Positions 18,691 through 27,367 are shown, numbered from the stretch's first letter. The stretch is DNA of 50,276 nucleotides from Bacillota bacterium (GCA_023393045.1 JAEWMV010000036.1:1-50276); one strand, 5' to 3'. The notes: a model not told the origin generated them from the sequence alone. Made by a program: numbers and translations.

Positions 18691-19272
18691 TTACGCGCCC
18701 TTGTTTTTTTGACCAAAAAAGTCTTTTTTAAACAGTTTGGACACCGGCTTATAGATGAGATAGGTCACCACGGAGTTGATGCCCGCCTTCGCCGCGTTGA
18801 AGGCGACGAAGCTCCATATGATGTTCCATATAAACTCTTGCGCCTGCCCATAGGTCATCTCGGCGCTCATGATAAACAAGGGGGAGAGGTAATAGTTAAA
18901 GGGCACCATGATGAGCGTCATCACGGCGGAACCCAAGAGCAAGCCCTCTATCGCGCCGCCGAGGGTGTGCTTCCTCCTGTACATGAAGCCCGCCGCCATC
19001 ACGAACGCGCCCGTGGCAAAAAAGTGCATCACGCCGCCCACCCAGCCGCTGCCCGCGGAAACCGTGACCGCCTGCAGGAAGCTCACGATGGCGGTGAGCA
19101 GGAGCCCTGCAAAGGGGCCGTAGAGGAAGGAGCCGATCAATATGGGCACGTCCGCCATATCGTATTCGAGATAGGGGAGTATGAGCGGAAAGCGCACCAC
19201 GTACATCAGCGCGAGGGACATGGCGCAAAGGAGCGCCATTTTGACGAGCTTTTCAACCTTTGGATTTCGCAT
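18691..19272 (-). CDS. ribU: ECF-transporter S component, riboflavin type (RibU)
   Basis: 193 aa with about 5-6 TM helices. It sits directly downstream of an FMN riboswitch. Confidence 0.8.
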   Translation of the reverse strand: MRNPKVEKLVKMALLCAMSLALMYVVRFPLILPYLEYDMADVPILIGSFLYGPFAGLLLTAIVSFLQAVTVSAGSGWVGGVMHFFATGAFVMAAGFMYRRKHTLGGAIEGLLLGSAVMTLIMVPFNYYLSPLFIMSAEMTYGQAQEFIWNIIWSFVAFNAAKAGINSVVTYLIYKPVSKLFKKDFFGQKNKGA

Positions 19273-19288
19273 ATTCTCTCTCCATCAT

Positions 19289-19318
19289 AAAAAAATACCC
19301 CCGCTTTTATGCGGGGGG
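19289..19318 (-). terminator. FMN-riboswitch expression-platform terminator
   Basis: On the minus strand CCCCCGC-ATAAAA-GCGGGGG is followed by TATTTTTTT. Confidence 0.8.
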
Positions 19319-19340
19319 AAAAACGGCGTCATTCTGCCAT

Positions 19341-19480
19341 CGCTTCTCTCATCCGGACTGTACCGTCGGCCCCGGGATCTCACCGGCTCGGCCGGAGTAC
19401 TTATAAAGTACGCCGGTTCGCGGGCTCGTCGGCATTTCGCCGCATCACCGCCGGTGTGGAATCGCACCACCCCCGAAGCG
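19341..19480 (-). promoter_or_regulatory. FMN riboswitch (RFN element) aptamer
   Basis: The minus strand reads CGCTTCGGGGGTGGTGCGATTCCACACCGGCGGT...AGCCCGCGA...CCGACGGTACAGTCCGGATGAGAGAAGCG, which matches the conserved RFN core and closing P1 helix. Confidence 0.9.
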
Positions 19481-19486
19481 TTTATT

Positions 19487-19515
19487 ATTATATGCCCTCG
19501 CGGCCGCTTATGCAA
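19487..19515 (-). promoter_or_regulatory. Promoter of the riboswitch-ribU unit (-35 TTGCAT, 17 nt spacer, -10 TATAAT)
   Basis: On the minus strand TTGCAT is at 19515-19510 and TATAAT at 19492-19487. Confidence 0.7.
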
Positions 19516-19539
19516 GCCCTGTTTCGACGCGGCGCGCGT

Positions 19540-20376
19540 TTAGCTAAAAAGCTCCGCGCGCATTTCGCTGAGCCTTGCGATATAGGAAGGGTCCGTGCCG
19601 CAGCATCCGCCCACGAGGGTCGCGCCAACCCTTACGGCCTCGCGCACGCCGACAGCAAAGGCTTGCGCGTCAAACGGCGCGCTTCCGCCTTTGTCGGGGA
19701 GGCCCGCGTTTGGCTTGAAGATGAGGGGCAAACCGGTGTTTTGGGCAAACTGACGGATTACGGGCAGCGCGGCGTCCGGCCCGAGCGAGCAGTTGAGCCC
19801 CGCCGCGTACGCGCCTTCGGCCTCAAGCCGCCGCGCGATGCTTGCAACAGTATCGCCCGCCGGGGTCTTGCCGGAGCGCATAAAGTTCATCGCGCAGAGC
19901 ACCGGCGCGCCGTGCCGCTTCGCCTGAGACAAGGCGACGGAAATCATCTCCAGATCCATAAAGGTTTCAAGGAAGATGCAATCCGGCTTCTCCTTCATGC
20001 CCGCGCCGAGCTGCGCGGCAAAAATCTCCGCCGCCTCGTCGCGGGATACTCCGCCCGTTGACGCGAGCCGCGCGGCGAGCGGCCCCGCGTCAAGCGCGAC
20101 CTTCGCGCCCTTGCCAAAGGCGGCCTCTTTGGCGATGCGCACGCCCGCGCGCACGACCTCCTCCACGGCAAAGCCCGTGTTTTTGAGCATGGGCGCGTTC
20201 GCACAGAAGGTGTTTGTGAGAATGATTTCGCTGCCCGCTTCGATATACTCCGCATGCAGTTCCCGCACGATGTCCGGACGCGTGATGTTATACGCCCAGA
20301 CGGGGGACCTGTCGCCCGCTTTTTCCCAGAGCCGCGTGCCCGTTGCGCCGTCTAAGAGCGTAACTTTCCCCGCCAT
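19540..20376 (-). CDS. Homocysteine S-methyltransferase-domain protein
   Basis: LLDGATGT lies near the N-terminus and the GGCCGT zinc-ligand motif near the C-terminus. I placed the start at ATG 20376 (MAGKV) behind GGAGGTG; the track start at 20487 has no SD. Confidence 0.8.
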   Translation of the reverse strand: MAGKVTLLDGATGTRLWEKAGDRSPVWAYNITRPDIVRELHAEYIEAGSEIILTNTFCANAPMLKNTGFAVEEVVRAGVRIAKEAAFGKGAKVALDAGPLAARLASTGGVSRDEAAEIFAAQLGAGMKEKPDCIFLETFMDLEMISVALSQAKRHGAPVLCAMNFMRSGKTPAGDTVASIARRLEAEGAYAAGLNCSLGPDAALPVIRQFAQNTGLPLIFKPNAGLPDKGGSAPFDAQAFAVGVREAVRVGATLVGGCCGTDPSYIARLSEMRAELFS

Positions 20377-20516
20377 GCGCCCCACCTCCGCTTCGCTTGA
20401 AATCCATTTGATTATAACGGGGCGTTTTTTATTGCGCAAGCCGTACTGCGGTTGCATAATCCATCGCGCGGTGCTATCCTTGAGCAAAAGAGATTATGCA
20501 ATAAGGCAAACGGAGA

Positions 20517-21353
20517 ATGAAAATGAGCGAAGACTGCAAGCACGACTGTTCCTCCTGCTCTCTCAACTGCCCCTCGCGGGAGCAGGAGAGCCTCATCGAA
20601 GCGCCGCATAGAATGAGCAGCATCAAGCACGTCATAGGCGTTGTGAGCGGCAAGGGCGGCGTGGGCAAATCCATGGTGACCTCGCTTCTCGCCGTGCTGA
20701 TGAAACGCCGCGGCTTTAAGAGCGCGGTGCTCGACGCGGACATGACGGGCCCCTCGATTCCGCGGGCGTTTCACATCACAAAAAAAGCCGAGGGCGGCGA
20801 GGACGGCCTCTACCCGGTGCTTACGAAAACGGGCATCCCCGTGATGAGCATCAATTTGCTGCTTGAGGAGGATACGCAGCCCGTCGTCTGGCGCGGCCCC
20901 GTGATCGCGGGCGCGGTGAAGCAGTTTTGGACGGACGTCGTCTGGGGCGACGTGGACGTGATGTTCATCGACATGCCGCCGGGCACGGGGGACGTGCCGC
21001 TCACGGTATTTCAAAGCATCCCCATAGACGGCGTCGTGATCGTCTCCACGCCGCAGGAGCTCGTGGGCATGATCGTGGAAAAGGCGGTCAATATGGCGGG
21101 CATGATGAACATCCCCGTGCTCGCGCTCGTCGAGAACATGGGCTTTGTGCGCTGCCCGGACTGCGGCCGCGTCATCAAGCCCTTCGGAGAGAGCCGTCTG
21201 GAGGAAACCGCGAAGCGGCTTAGTATCAAACACACCGCAAGCCTGCCCATCGACCCCAAGCTCGCCGCCGCGTCGGACACGGGCATGATAGAGCTCTTCG
21301 AGGGCGACTGGCTCGACAATATCGCGGACATGATCGAGCAGAAAATAAAATAG
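20517..21353 (+). CDS. Mrp/NBP35/ApbC-family Fe-S cluster carrier ATPase
   Basis: GVVSGKGGVGKS deviant Walker A motif. The N-terminus is Cys-rich (CKHDCSSCSLNC) and a CPDC motif is present. ATG 20523 is an alternative start. Confidence 0.85.
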   Translation: MKMSEDCKHDCSSCSLNCPSREQESLIEAPHRMSSIKHVIGVVSGKGGVGKSMVTSLLAVLMKRRGFKSAVLDADMTGPSIPRAFHITKKAEGGEDGLYPVLTKTGIPVMSINLLLEEDTQPVVWRGPVIAGAVKQFWTDVVWGDVDVMFIDMPPGTGDVPLTVFQSIPIDGVVIVSTPQELVGMIVEKAVNMAGMMNIPVLALVENMGFVRCPDCGRVIKPFGESRLEETAKRLSIKHTASLPIDPKLAAASDTGMIELFEGDWLDNIADMIEQKIK

Positions 21354-21366
21354 CGCGGCATACGCA

Positions 21367-21400
21367 AACGCCCGGCAAGCGCCGGGCGTTTTTTGTTTTG
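21367..21400. terminator. Rho-independent terminator, possibly bidirectional
   Basis: A 10-bp stem AACGCCCGGC/GCCGGGCGTT with an AAGC loop is followed by TTTTGTTTTG. It lies between convergent genes. Confidence 0.8.
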
Positions 21401-21416
21401 TTTAAGCACCCTTCTT

Positions 21417-21560
21417 CTAGCGCTCCTCATCGTCATAATAATACGCGCAGCGGTCGTAGTCGTCCATGAGCAGCATGAGCGTGGTCAGGCCCGCGGCGCT
21501 TTCGTCGAAATCAAAGTCAACGTCCGCCATGCCGTCCATGGGAAATTCAAAATCCTTCAT
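21417..21560 (-). CDS. Unannotated 47-aa highly acidic small protein
   Basis: The sequence is MKDFEFPMDGMADVDFDFDESAAGLTTLMLLMDDYDRCAYYYDDEER. GGAGG lies 7 nt upstream of the ATG. The ORF is below the 60-aa cut-off of the track. Confidence 0.45.
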   Translation of the reverse strand: MKDFEFPMDGMADVDFDFDESAAGLTTLMLLMDDYDRCAYYYDDEER

Positions 21561-21632
21561 GTTTGCGCCTCCTGAAGCTTTATGCCGCTAGTATTCCATT
21601 TTCCGCGCGCGATAAAACAAAGAAAACGATTG

Positions 21633-21662
21633 CCGGGGGCGGGTTTTGCCCGAATTCCTTAA
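21633..21662 (+). repeat. Copy 4 (shortened) of the dispersed intergenic motif (CCGGGGGCGGGTTTTGCCCGAATTCCTTAA)
   Basis: It shares the CCGGGGGCGG head and the GCCCGAATT tail with copy 2. Confidence 0.3.
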
Positions 21663-21764
21663 CGGCTTCTTAACGGGCTTTGCGCGCCGGATTCATTGAC
21701 AGCGCCAAGCTCTGCAGTGATAATTATATACATACAGCACATCTGACACACGGAGGTCAAATTG

Positions 21765-23078
21765 ATGCCGATCGCAAAAAAAGGGCTTCTCGCCCTGCTG
21801 CTTTGCCTGGTGACAGCCCTGTATTGCGCAGCTGCCGCCGCGGACGCCGTGCCCGAAAAAACGCCCGCCGAGGGTCCCGAAACGATACCAGAGGAGCCCG
21901 CCGCGGACAACGTGCTGTGCGCCATACTCTATGAAGAGAGTACGGATACCTATCTGTTTGAAAAAAATCCGGATCAGACCAACGCGCCCGCGAGCATGAC
22001 CAAGGTGATGACGGCGGTGCTGGTGCTTGAAAAAGACCCCACGCTTTCCGGCGTGCTCACCGTGGCGCCCGAGGCTGTGCAGCCCGCCTACTGCAGTTGG
22101 ATGGACACGAACCACCTCTACGAGGGCGAGGTCATTTCCGTTTGGGATTGCATGAACTATTTGCTCATCCCTTCCGGGAACGAGGCCGCGACCGCCCTTG
22201 CCATCCACTTTTCCGGCTCGGTCAATGCGTTTGTGGAGGAAATGAACCAGAAGGCCGCAGAGCTTGGCATGACGAACACGCGCTATATCGATCCGCACGG
22301 CCTCATGGGCCCGCCGCAGCTCATCAGCGCGCGGGATATGCTCACGCTTTGCCGTTACGCCATGACTTTTGCAAACTTCCGCAAAATCGTCTCCACAAAG
22401 GAGGGCGTCGTGCCCGCGTCGAACATGCGAAAGGCGGGCTTTACCTATAAAACCACCAATCGCGTCATGGACCCGCGCGGGTACGAGCCTTATGACACGG
22501 GCTTCGCGCAGGACATCCTGGGCATCAAGACCGGCTCCACGCCCGCCGCGGGCTACAACCTCGCCTGCTGCATGACGGACGGCGCGCTGACCATTTATTC
22601 GGTCGTGATGCACGGGCAGGATGATCTCTACATCGGCCCCTACGCGTGCACAGGCAGCTTCCTCGACACGGCGCGGCTGATGAAATACGCGCGGCAGTTT
22701 GAAAAATACGGCTTTGCCGCGGGGGATACTGTGGAGGAGCGCTATGTGGCCGGTTTGTGGAACAAATTCGCCGTCACGGCCGGGGAGGATATCTATATCC
22801 TCAAGCGCGAGGGGTCGGCTTCGGACATGGAGATCGCGCTCGACGAGCTTTCCGGCCCCATCGCCGCGGGGGATGTTGTGGGCACGCTCACCCTCAGGGA
22901 TGAATTCGGCAACGCGCGCACGACGGCGCTGCGCGCCGCGGCGGACGCGAACATCATGCCCTGGACGGTCTACTTCGTGCCCGCGCTCGCGCTGCTGCTC
23001 GTTTTTGCCCTTGCCGCCCGGCCCGTCCTCGCGCGCGCGAAAAAGCGCAGGGCCGCCGCAGACGGCGAAAAGGCCTGA
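21765..23078 (+). CDS. D-alanyl-D-alanine carboxypeptidase (S11, PBP5-like) with a C-terminal membrane anchor
   Basis: SMTK (SxxK), SGN and KTGS motifs are present, with a hydrophobic C-terminal helix. TTG 21762 is an alternative start. Confidence 0.85.
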   Translation: MPIAKKGLLALLLCLVTALYCAAAAADAVPEKTPAEGPETIPEEPAADNVLCAILYEESTDTYLFEKNPDQTNAPASMTKVMTAVLVLEKDPTLSGVLTVAPEAVQPAYCSWMDTNHLYEGEVISVWDCMNYLLIPSGNEAATALAIHFSGSVNAFVEEMNQKAAELGMTNTRYIDPHGLMGPPQLISARDMLTLCRYAMTFANFRKIVSTKEGVVPASNMRKAGFTYKTTNRVMDPRGYEPYDTGFAQDILGIKTGSTPAAGYNLACCMTDGALTIYSVVMHGQDDLYIGPYACTGSFLDTARLMKYARQFEKYGFAAGDTVEERYVAGLWNKFAVTAGEDIYILKREGSASDMEIALDELSGPIAAGDVVGTLTLRDEFGNARTTALRAAADANIMPWTVYFVPALALLLVFALAARPVLARAKKRRAAADGEKA

Positions 23079-23108
23079 GCAGGGAACACGGGAAGCTTTC
23101 CTATAGCT

Positions 23109-24323
23109 TTACTCTGATTCGAGGAGCGCGTTTTTTCTTTCCCAGTACCGCATGAACGGGGCGCGAGGCTTGCCCTGCTCAAAATCCGCGCGGCTCCATT
23201 TTTCGTAGAAGGCGCGCTCCTCCTCGTATGCACGGAAGGACAGCGCCTGCATGGCCTGCGCATCCGCGTATTGCGAAGCCTCCAGCCAGCGCCGCTCCAG
23301 GGCGTTTCGTTCCTCATGATACGCCTCGGGCAGCCTCTTTCCGATGAGGCTCCTGTGGAAGCGCTCATGCGCGAGCCAATAGGCCTTTGCAGCCGAATCG
23401 TTTGCCGCGAAAACGGGCGGCTTTGCGGGATTGCCAAAGGCGTAGGGCTTAAAGAGCGAAATGCAGGGCGTGGAGCCGCCCGTCGCCCACACTTTGATGA
23501 TATCCCCGAACTCTATGATCATGCTCGCGGTGGTATGGTCGCCCACAGCGCCGCCCGCGTGCATGCACACGCTTCCTACACTGCCCGCGCACAATGGATT
23601 CTCTGCCCCCGGCGCGTGGATGCGCAGCGCCTGCATCAGCTCCTGCACGCCCGAAGCCTTGTCGAGCGCCGCGCAGGCGAGCGCGCTCCTTTGTTTGGAG
23701 GCGGAAAAAAACGAATACACGGGTTCCAAATGCGCCCGCTTGAAATCGCTCCCCGCGGGCGTTTGCGTGTCGCGCAGAGCGTGCTCCGCGCCGATGGAGA
23801 GGCGGTTTGATATGGCCGCGCGCGAAGAACGTTTGGCGGCCCAGCGCCTGCCCGCCGTCTCCAGCACGAAAACGTCCTTTCTGTCCATGATGAGGAAGGA
23901 GTTGTCGTAATAGAACGCATGGTCAAAGCCGCAGTTGCCGCCCTGCCCGTAGCGCTCGAGCAGCGCGGTGATGACGTTGAGCGCGCCCCTCGCGTCCTCC
24001 CCGCGCTCGAGGCCGAGGCGGACGAGGTCCATGCCCGTGAGCCCTTCCTTTCCGTAAGCGCCCCGGGTGAACACCGCCTCGTTGCCGATTGCGACCCCCC
24101 GTTCGCTTACGCCCATCTCCGCACCCCAGAGCCATGCGGGGCGCGAGAGCAGCACCGCGCACGCGCCCGTATCGTCCTCAATCTCCGCGTAGTTGAGCTT
24201 CAGCTTCCCGCGCGGCCCGCACGCGGGATGAAATTCCAAAACCTGCGGTTCGTTCGGGCTGCGGTCGCTGTTCTTTGCGAAATACGCCCCGTTTTGGCCG
24301 ATAAAACCCAATGTGTCGCACAT
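23109..24323 (-). CDS. C69-family (secernin-like) Ntn-hydrolase peptidase
   Basis: 404 aa. It begins MCDT, the N-terminal nucleophile Cys exposed after Met removal, followed by FAKNSDR. Confidence 0.65.
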   Translation of the reverse strand: MCDTLGFIGQNGAYFAKNSDRSPNEPQVLEFHPACGPRGKLKLNYAEIEDDTGACAVLLSRPAWLWGAEMGVSERGVAIGNEAVFTRGAYGKEGLTGMDLVRLGLERGEDARGALNVITALLERYGQGGNCGFDHAFYYDNSFLIMDRKDVFVLETAGRRWAAKRSSRAAISNRLSIGAEHALRDTQTPAGSDFKRAHLEPVYSFFSASKQRSALACAALDKASGVQELMQALRIHAPGAENPLCAGSVGSVCMHAGGAVGDHTTASMIIEFGDIIKVWATGGSTPCISLFKPYAFGNPAKPPVFAANDSAAKAYWLAHERFHRSLIGKRLPEAYHEERNALERRWLEASQYADAQAMQALSFRAYEEERAFYEKWSRADFEQGKPRAPFMRYWERKNALLESE

Positions 24324-24362
24324 GCGCGTTTTCCCCCTCCGCTTTTGAGACTATTATACAAC

Positions 24363-24388
24363 AAAAAAGGCCGTGCGCTCATGCGGCC
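24363..24388 (-). terminator. Terminator-like hairpin
   Basis: On the minus strand GGCCG...CGGCC is followed by TTTTTT. Confidence 0.45.
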
Positions 24389-24398
24389 TCAATATATC

Positions 24399-24423
24399 AA
24401 AAAAGTGGCTGAGCCACTTTTTT
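24399..24423. terminator. Bidirectional terminator after the WYL gene
   Basis: AAAAAAGTGGC-TGA-GCCACTTTTTT is a perfect palindrome with an A-run and a T-run. Confidence 0.7.
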
Positions 24424-24474
24424 GATATTTACGGTTTTTGCTTTTGTCCGCGGCGCTGCCGGAGCCATGCTTTT

Positions 24475-25458
24475 TTAGTATAGCCCCGCCACGCAGGCCA
24501 GCTGGCTCTTCATGCCCGCGGCCACGCAGTCCGGCTCGACGATGCGCGCCTGCGCGCCCAGCGCGAACATCCATGCGTAGAACTGCGGGCTCACCGTCAC
24601 GTCCGTATGCACCATGAAATAGCCCTCGCGCGTCCTTACAAAGGGCACGTCCCGGCCGAAGCGGTCTATCACCACGCCCGAGAGCTGATCCGCGAACTCC
24701 AGCGTGACGCGCTGCTTCTCGCCGCCGAACATGCCGAAGGTGTGCCGGGTGAACGAGGCGATGTCCATTGCGCCCAGCGCCTCCTTGCCCTCGCGCGGGG
24801 CGCAGGTGAGCTGGATGGAATCCATCCTGTCCACGCGGAAGTGGCGCACCGCCCGGGCCTCAGAATCAAACGCCACGAGATAATAGTTCTCCGTGCAAAG
24901 CGTCAGATAGAAAGGGCTCACGCGGTACCGCTCCCCGTTGCGGCGATACTGCTTTTGCTTTTCCGCGTTGATTTCAAAATAGCGGAAGGTGATTTGTTTG
25001 TCGTGCGCAATGCCGTTGTGTATGCCGTCCACATTATAAAAGATGCTTTCGTTCATGGTCTCGACGCGGTTTTCAACATACACCTGTCTCTGCAGCAGTT
25101 GCGCTTCATGGGCGCTGCAGAGCCTCTCGAGCTTTTTGATCAGTTCCGTGGTCTTCTTTTTCGTCAAAAACTGGCTGGATTGCACGCTGTCCACAAGCAG
25201 CTTCAGTTCGGGCAGCTCAAAGTCGCGCACGGCGACAAAATAGCGCGCCCTTGGATCGCGTACCATCTGCACGTCGATGCCGAACGTGCGCAGCGCCTCC
25301 ATGTCGTCATAGAGGCTTTTGCGCTCTGCCTCGACTCCCTGGTTTGCGAGTTCCTGCTTGATTTGTTCCAGCGACATCGGGTGGTTCTCGTCCGTTTGGA
25401 AAAGAAGTATCTTTGCCATGTACAAAAGCTTTAGCTTTTGATTCGCTGATTTAGGCAT
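24475..25458 (-). CDS. HTH + WYL-domain transcriptional regulator
   Basis: The N-terminal wHTH region is KLKLLYMAKILLFQTDENHPMSLEQI. The central WYL-type block is RYRVSPFYLTLCTENYYLVAFDSEARAVRHFRVDRM. I placed the start at ATG 25458 (MPKSANQ); the track start at 25740 runs through the divergent promoter. Confidence 0.75.
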   Translation of the reverse strand: MPKSANQKLKLLYMAKILLFQTDENHPMSLEQIKQELANQGVEAERKSLYDDMEALRTFGIDVQMVRDPRARYFVAVRDFELPELKLLVDSVQSSQFLTKKKTTELIKKLERLCSAHEAQLLQRQVYVENRVETMNESIFYNVDGIHNGIAHDKQITFRYFEINAEKQKQYRRNGERYRVSPFYLTLCTENYYLVAFDSEARAVRHFRVDRMDSIQLTCAPREGKEALGAMDIASFTRHTFGMFGGEKQRVTLEFADQLSGVVIDRFGRDVPFVRTREGYFMVHTDVTVSPQFYAWMFALGAQARIVEPDCVAAGMKSQLACVAGLY

Positions 25459-25672
25459 TTCGTACCCCCGTCGTTGATTCGTGTGTTTGAAGTTGGCGTG
25501 TTGTTGCTTCATCATAGCACAACTGTCGATTATTGGTAAATATTGAACGTGAATTATTTCATGGTTACAGTATTTTGCTTGTGCGCGCGCTTTCGCGTAA
25601 ACTTTCTTCCCGCGGGAAAAATCACACATGCGGCGACTCATACAAAAAACCTGTACGATACGCGGCGCTCCC

Positions 25673-25692
25673 GCGCGTGCTATAATACGCGC
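25673..25692 (+). promoter_or_regulatory. Extended -10 (TGCTATAAT) embedded in the inverted repeat GCGCGT...ACGCGC
   Basis: TATAAT at 25681-25686 is flanked by GCGCGT (25673-78) and ACGCGC (25687-92), upstream of the 25721 gene. Confidence 0.45.
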
Positions 25693-25720
25693 AGAGTATG
25701 CGTGACGGGGAGGTATCGCT

Positions 25721-26056
25721 ATGCCGTTTTCCGAGGTCAAGCTTTTTCAGGTCAAGCCCGATTGCTGCGAGGCGTTCGAGAGCCTCGCGCGCGAAATGGC
25801 GGCGGCGCAGAGGCTGCGTCCCGGCTGTGTCGAGGCGCGCTACATGAAGCGCTTCTATGTGTTCGACAAAATAGGCGAAGCGCCGCGTCCGCTCACAAAA
25901 ATCGTAAAATGCGTGAAGTATTTTTCGTACTGGCAATTCGACGCCATCGCGCCCTACGCCGAGGCGACCGCGTGGTTTTTTGCCGAATACGAAAAGCGGC
26001 TTGCAAAGCTTTTGATCATGCCCTTCGACATCAACTGCGGAGAAACGCTCGAATAG
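25721..26056 (+). CDS. Hypothetical 111-aa protein (possibly ABM / dimeric alpha-beta-barrel-like)
   Basis: A GGGGAGG RBS precedes it and it is divergent from the WYL regulator. The fold guess rests only on size and the N-terminal strand pattern. Confidence 0.6.
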   Translation: MPFSEVKLFQVKPDCCEAFESLAREMAAAQRLRPGCVEARYMKRFYVFDKIGEAPRPLTKIVKCVKYFSYWQFDAIAPYAEATAWFFAEYEKRLAKLLIMPFDINCGETLE

Positions 26057-26185
26057 GGCGCAAAAAAAGGGCGCGCCGTTCTTTCAATAAAATTACCAGA
26101 TAATACAAGCGCTCCCGGTCGGCTTCGTGCACAGTTTTGCGCGGATACCGGCCGTTTTTATGCGGATACTAAGCGCGAGGAGGTG

Positions 26186-26326
26186 ATGCGCTTGCCAAAG
26201 GACAGCCAGGTGGACAGCAAAGAAAAAAGCAGACAGAAAAGCAGAGGGCAGACGCCCATAGGCCGCGAGAATCAGAACCAGAACAGGAACGCCAAGAAAC
26301 ATTCCATCAAGAACAACGACGTATAA
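26186..26326 (+). CDS. Unannotated 46-aa basic hydrophilic small protein
   Basis: The sequence is MRLPKDSQVDSKEKSRQKSRGQTPIGRENQNQNRNAKKHSIKNNDV. GAGGAGGTG lies directly upstream of the ATG. Confidence 0.5.
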   Translation: MRLPKDSQVDSKEKSRQKSRGQTPIGRENQNQNRNAKKHSIKNNDV

Positions 26327-26336
26327 GGAGGAGCAT

Positions 26337-26495
26337 ATGCCAAAGCAGGGTATGAGGCGACCCGATCCCAAGGAGCAGCGCAACGGGCAGAACGCACGCA
26401 AGCGGCCGCAGACGGGCAGCTTCGACGAGCCTGTGCCCGAAATACAGGGCAAGGCCAAGTCGGGCGACACGAAGGCCGAGCACGAGAAATGGTAA
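26337..26495 (+). CDS. Unannotated 52-aa hydrophilic small protein
   Basis: The sequence is MPKQGMRRPDPKEQRNGQNARKRPQTGSFDEPVPEIQGKAKSGDTKAEHEKW. AAGGAGG lies 6 nt upstream and the start is 10 nt after the previous stop. Confidence 0.5.
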   Translation: MPKQGMRRPDPKEQRNGQNARKRPQTGSFDEPVPEIQGKAKSGDTKAEHEKW

Positions 26496-26560
26496 AGAGA
26501 TAGGGCGGACACCGTCCCTCCCATCCAACGAAAATTGAAGAGTGAAGGATACCGAATTTG

Positions 26561-26588
26561 AAAAACGCCCGCCTGCACGGACGTTTTT
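26561..26588. terminator. Terminator-like hairpin between convergent units
   Basis: AAAAACGCC...GGACGTTTTT. Confidence 0.4.
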
Positions 26589-26610
26589 CATTGAGTGAAT
26601 GGTCGGTTGC

Positions 26611-27291
26611 CTAAAACCCCTGATACATGCTTTCCCGCTCTATGCAGCAGGCGATGTGCCGATGCACCGCGTCATAGGCAAGCTGGGGCGCGCGGCTCTC
26701 TATGGCGTCGAGTATGGCGATGTGCTCGTGCGTGGAGGCAAGGCGCACCTCGCGCCGCTTTTCCGGCGCTTCCTCGAGCGCGCGCTCTATGGCGTAGCGC
26801 ACGCGCAGCGTGGAGGTTTTCACCATCCCCAATATCTCCGAAATGAGCTCGGAATCCGCGTATTCATAGAGCAGCCTGTGCAGCGCCATGTCGGAATCGA
26901 CATAGGCCGCCATATCGTCCGGATCGTCGAGCACGCGCATCTGCTTGGCGCGCACCTCGTCGATATCCTCCTGCGGCACCTTTTCGGCGCTAAGCCGCGC
27001 CACATAGGGTTCGAGCAGCTGCCTGATCTCCATGCTCACCGCCCAGTCGTCCACATTGGGCTCGGTCACGAAGGGCTTTTTGTGGGGCGGCAGGCTCACG
27101 AGGCCATCCTTGCTGAGCATGCTCAGCGCCTCGCGCACGGGCGCGCAGCTGATGTTCATGCGGCCTGCGATGTCCACGATGTTGAGCTTGTCCCCCGGCT
27201 TGTACTTGCCCAGTATGATCTGGGTCTTGATGGTGTTGTACACCCTGTCCTTCAAAAGAAGTATATCGCCTATATCAAGCTGCGTCGTCAT
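26611..27291 (-). CDS. GntR-family transcriptional regulator (FadR/FCD subfamily)
   Basis: The N-terminal wHTH region is GDKLNIVDIAGRMNISCAPVREALSMLSKDGLV, followed by a helical C-terminal domain. I placed the start at ATG 27291 behind AGGAAG. Confidence 0.85.
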   Translation of the reverse strand: MTTQLDIGDILLLKDRVYNTIKTQIILGKYKPGDKLNIVDIAGRMNISCAPVREALSMLSKDGLVSLPPHKKPFVTEPNVDDWAVSMEIRQLLEPYVARLSAEKVPQEDIDEVRAKQMRVLDDPDDMAAYVDSDMALHRLLYEYADSELISEILGMVKTSTLRVRYAIERALEEAPEKRREVRLASTHEHIAILDAIESRAPQLAYDAVHRHIACCIERESMYQGF

Positions 27292-27338
27292 CTTCGCTTC
27301 CTTCTTTCGTCTCAAACAAATCGATACTTTTTAAAATC

Positions 27339-27367
27339 AATATACCACAGGGCGGGCTGGCTGTAAA
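27339..27367 (-). promoter_or_regulatory. GntR gene promoter (-35 TTTACA, 17 nt spacer, extended -10 TGGTATATT)
   Basis: Read on the minus strand, TTTACA is at 27367-27362 and TATATT at 27344-27339. Confidence 0.55.

Noticed and set aside
20377-20516. Looked for a SAM or cobalamin riboswitch upstream of the homocysteine methyltransferase gene
   Set aside because: The 140-bp divergent spacer shows none of the conserved SAM-I or B12-box sequences and looks like a plain divergent promoter region.
26093-26578. 161-aa minus-strand ORF in the track
   Set aside because: It has no SD and a Cys/Leu/Ser-rich composition that looks implausible for a protein. The opposite strand carries two short ORFs with perfect SD sites, which explain the region better.
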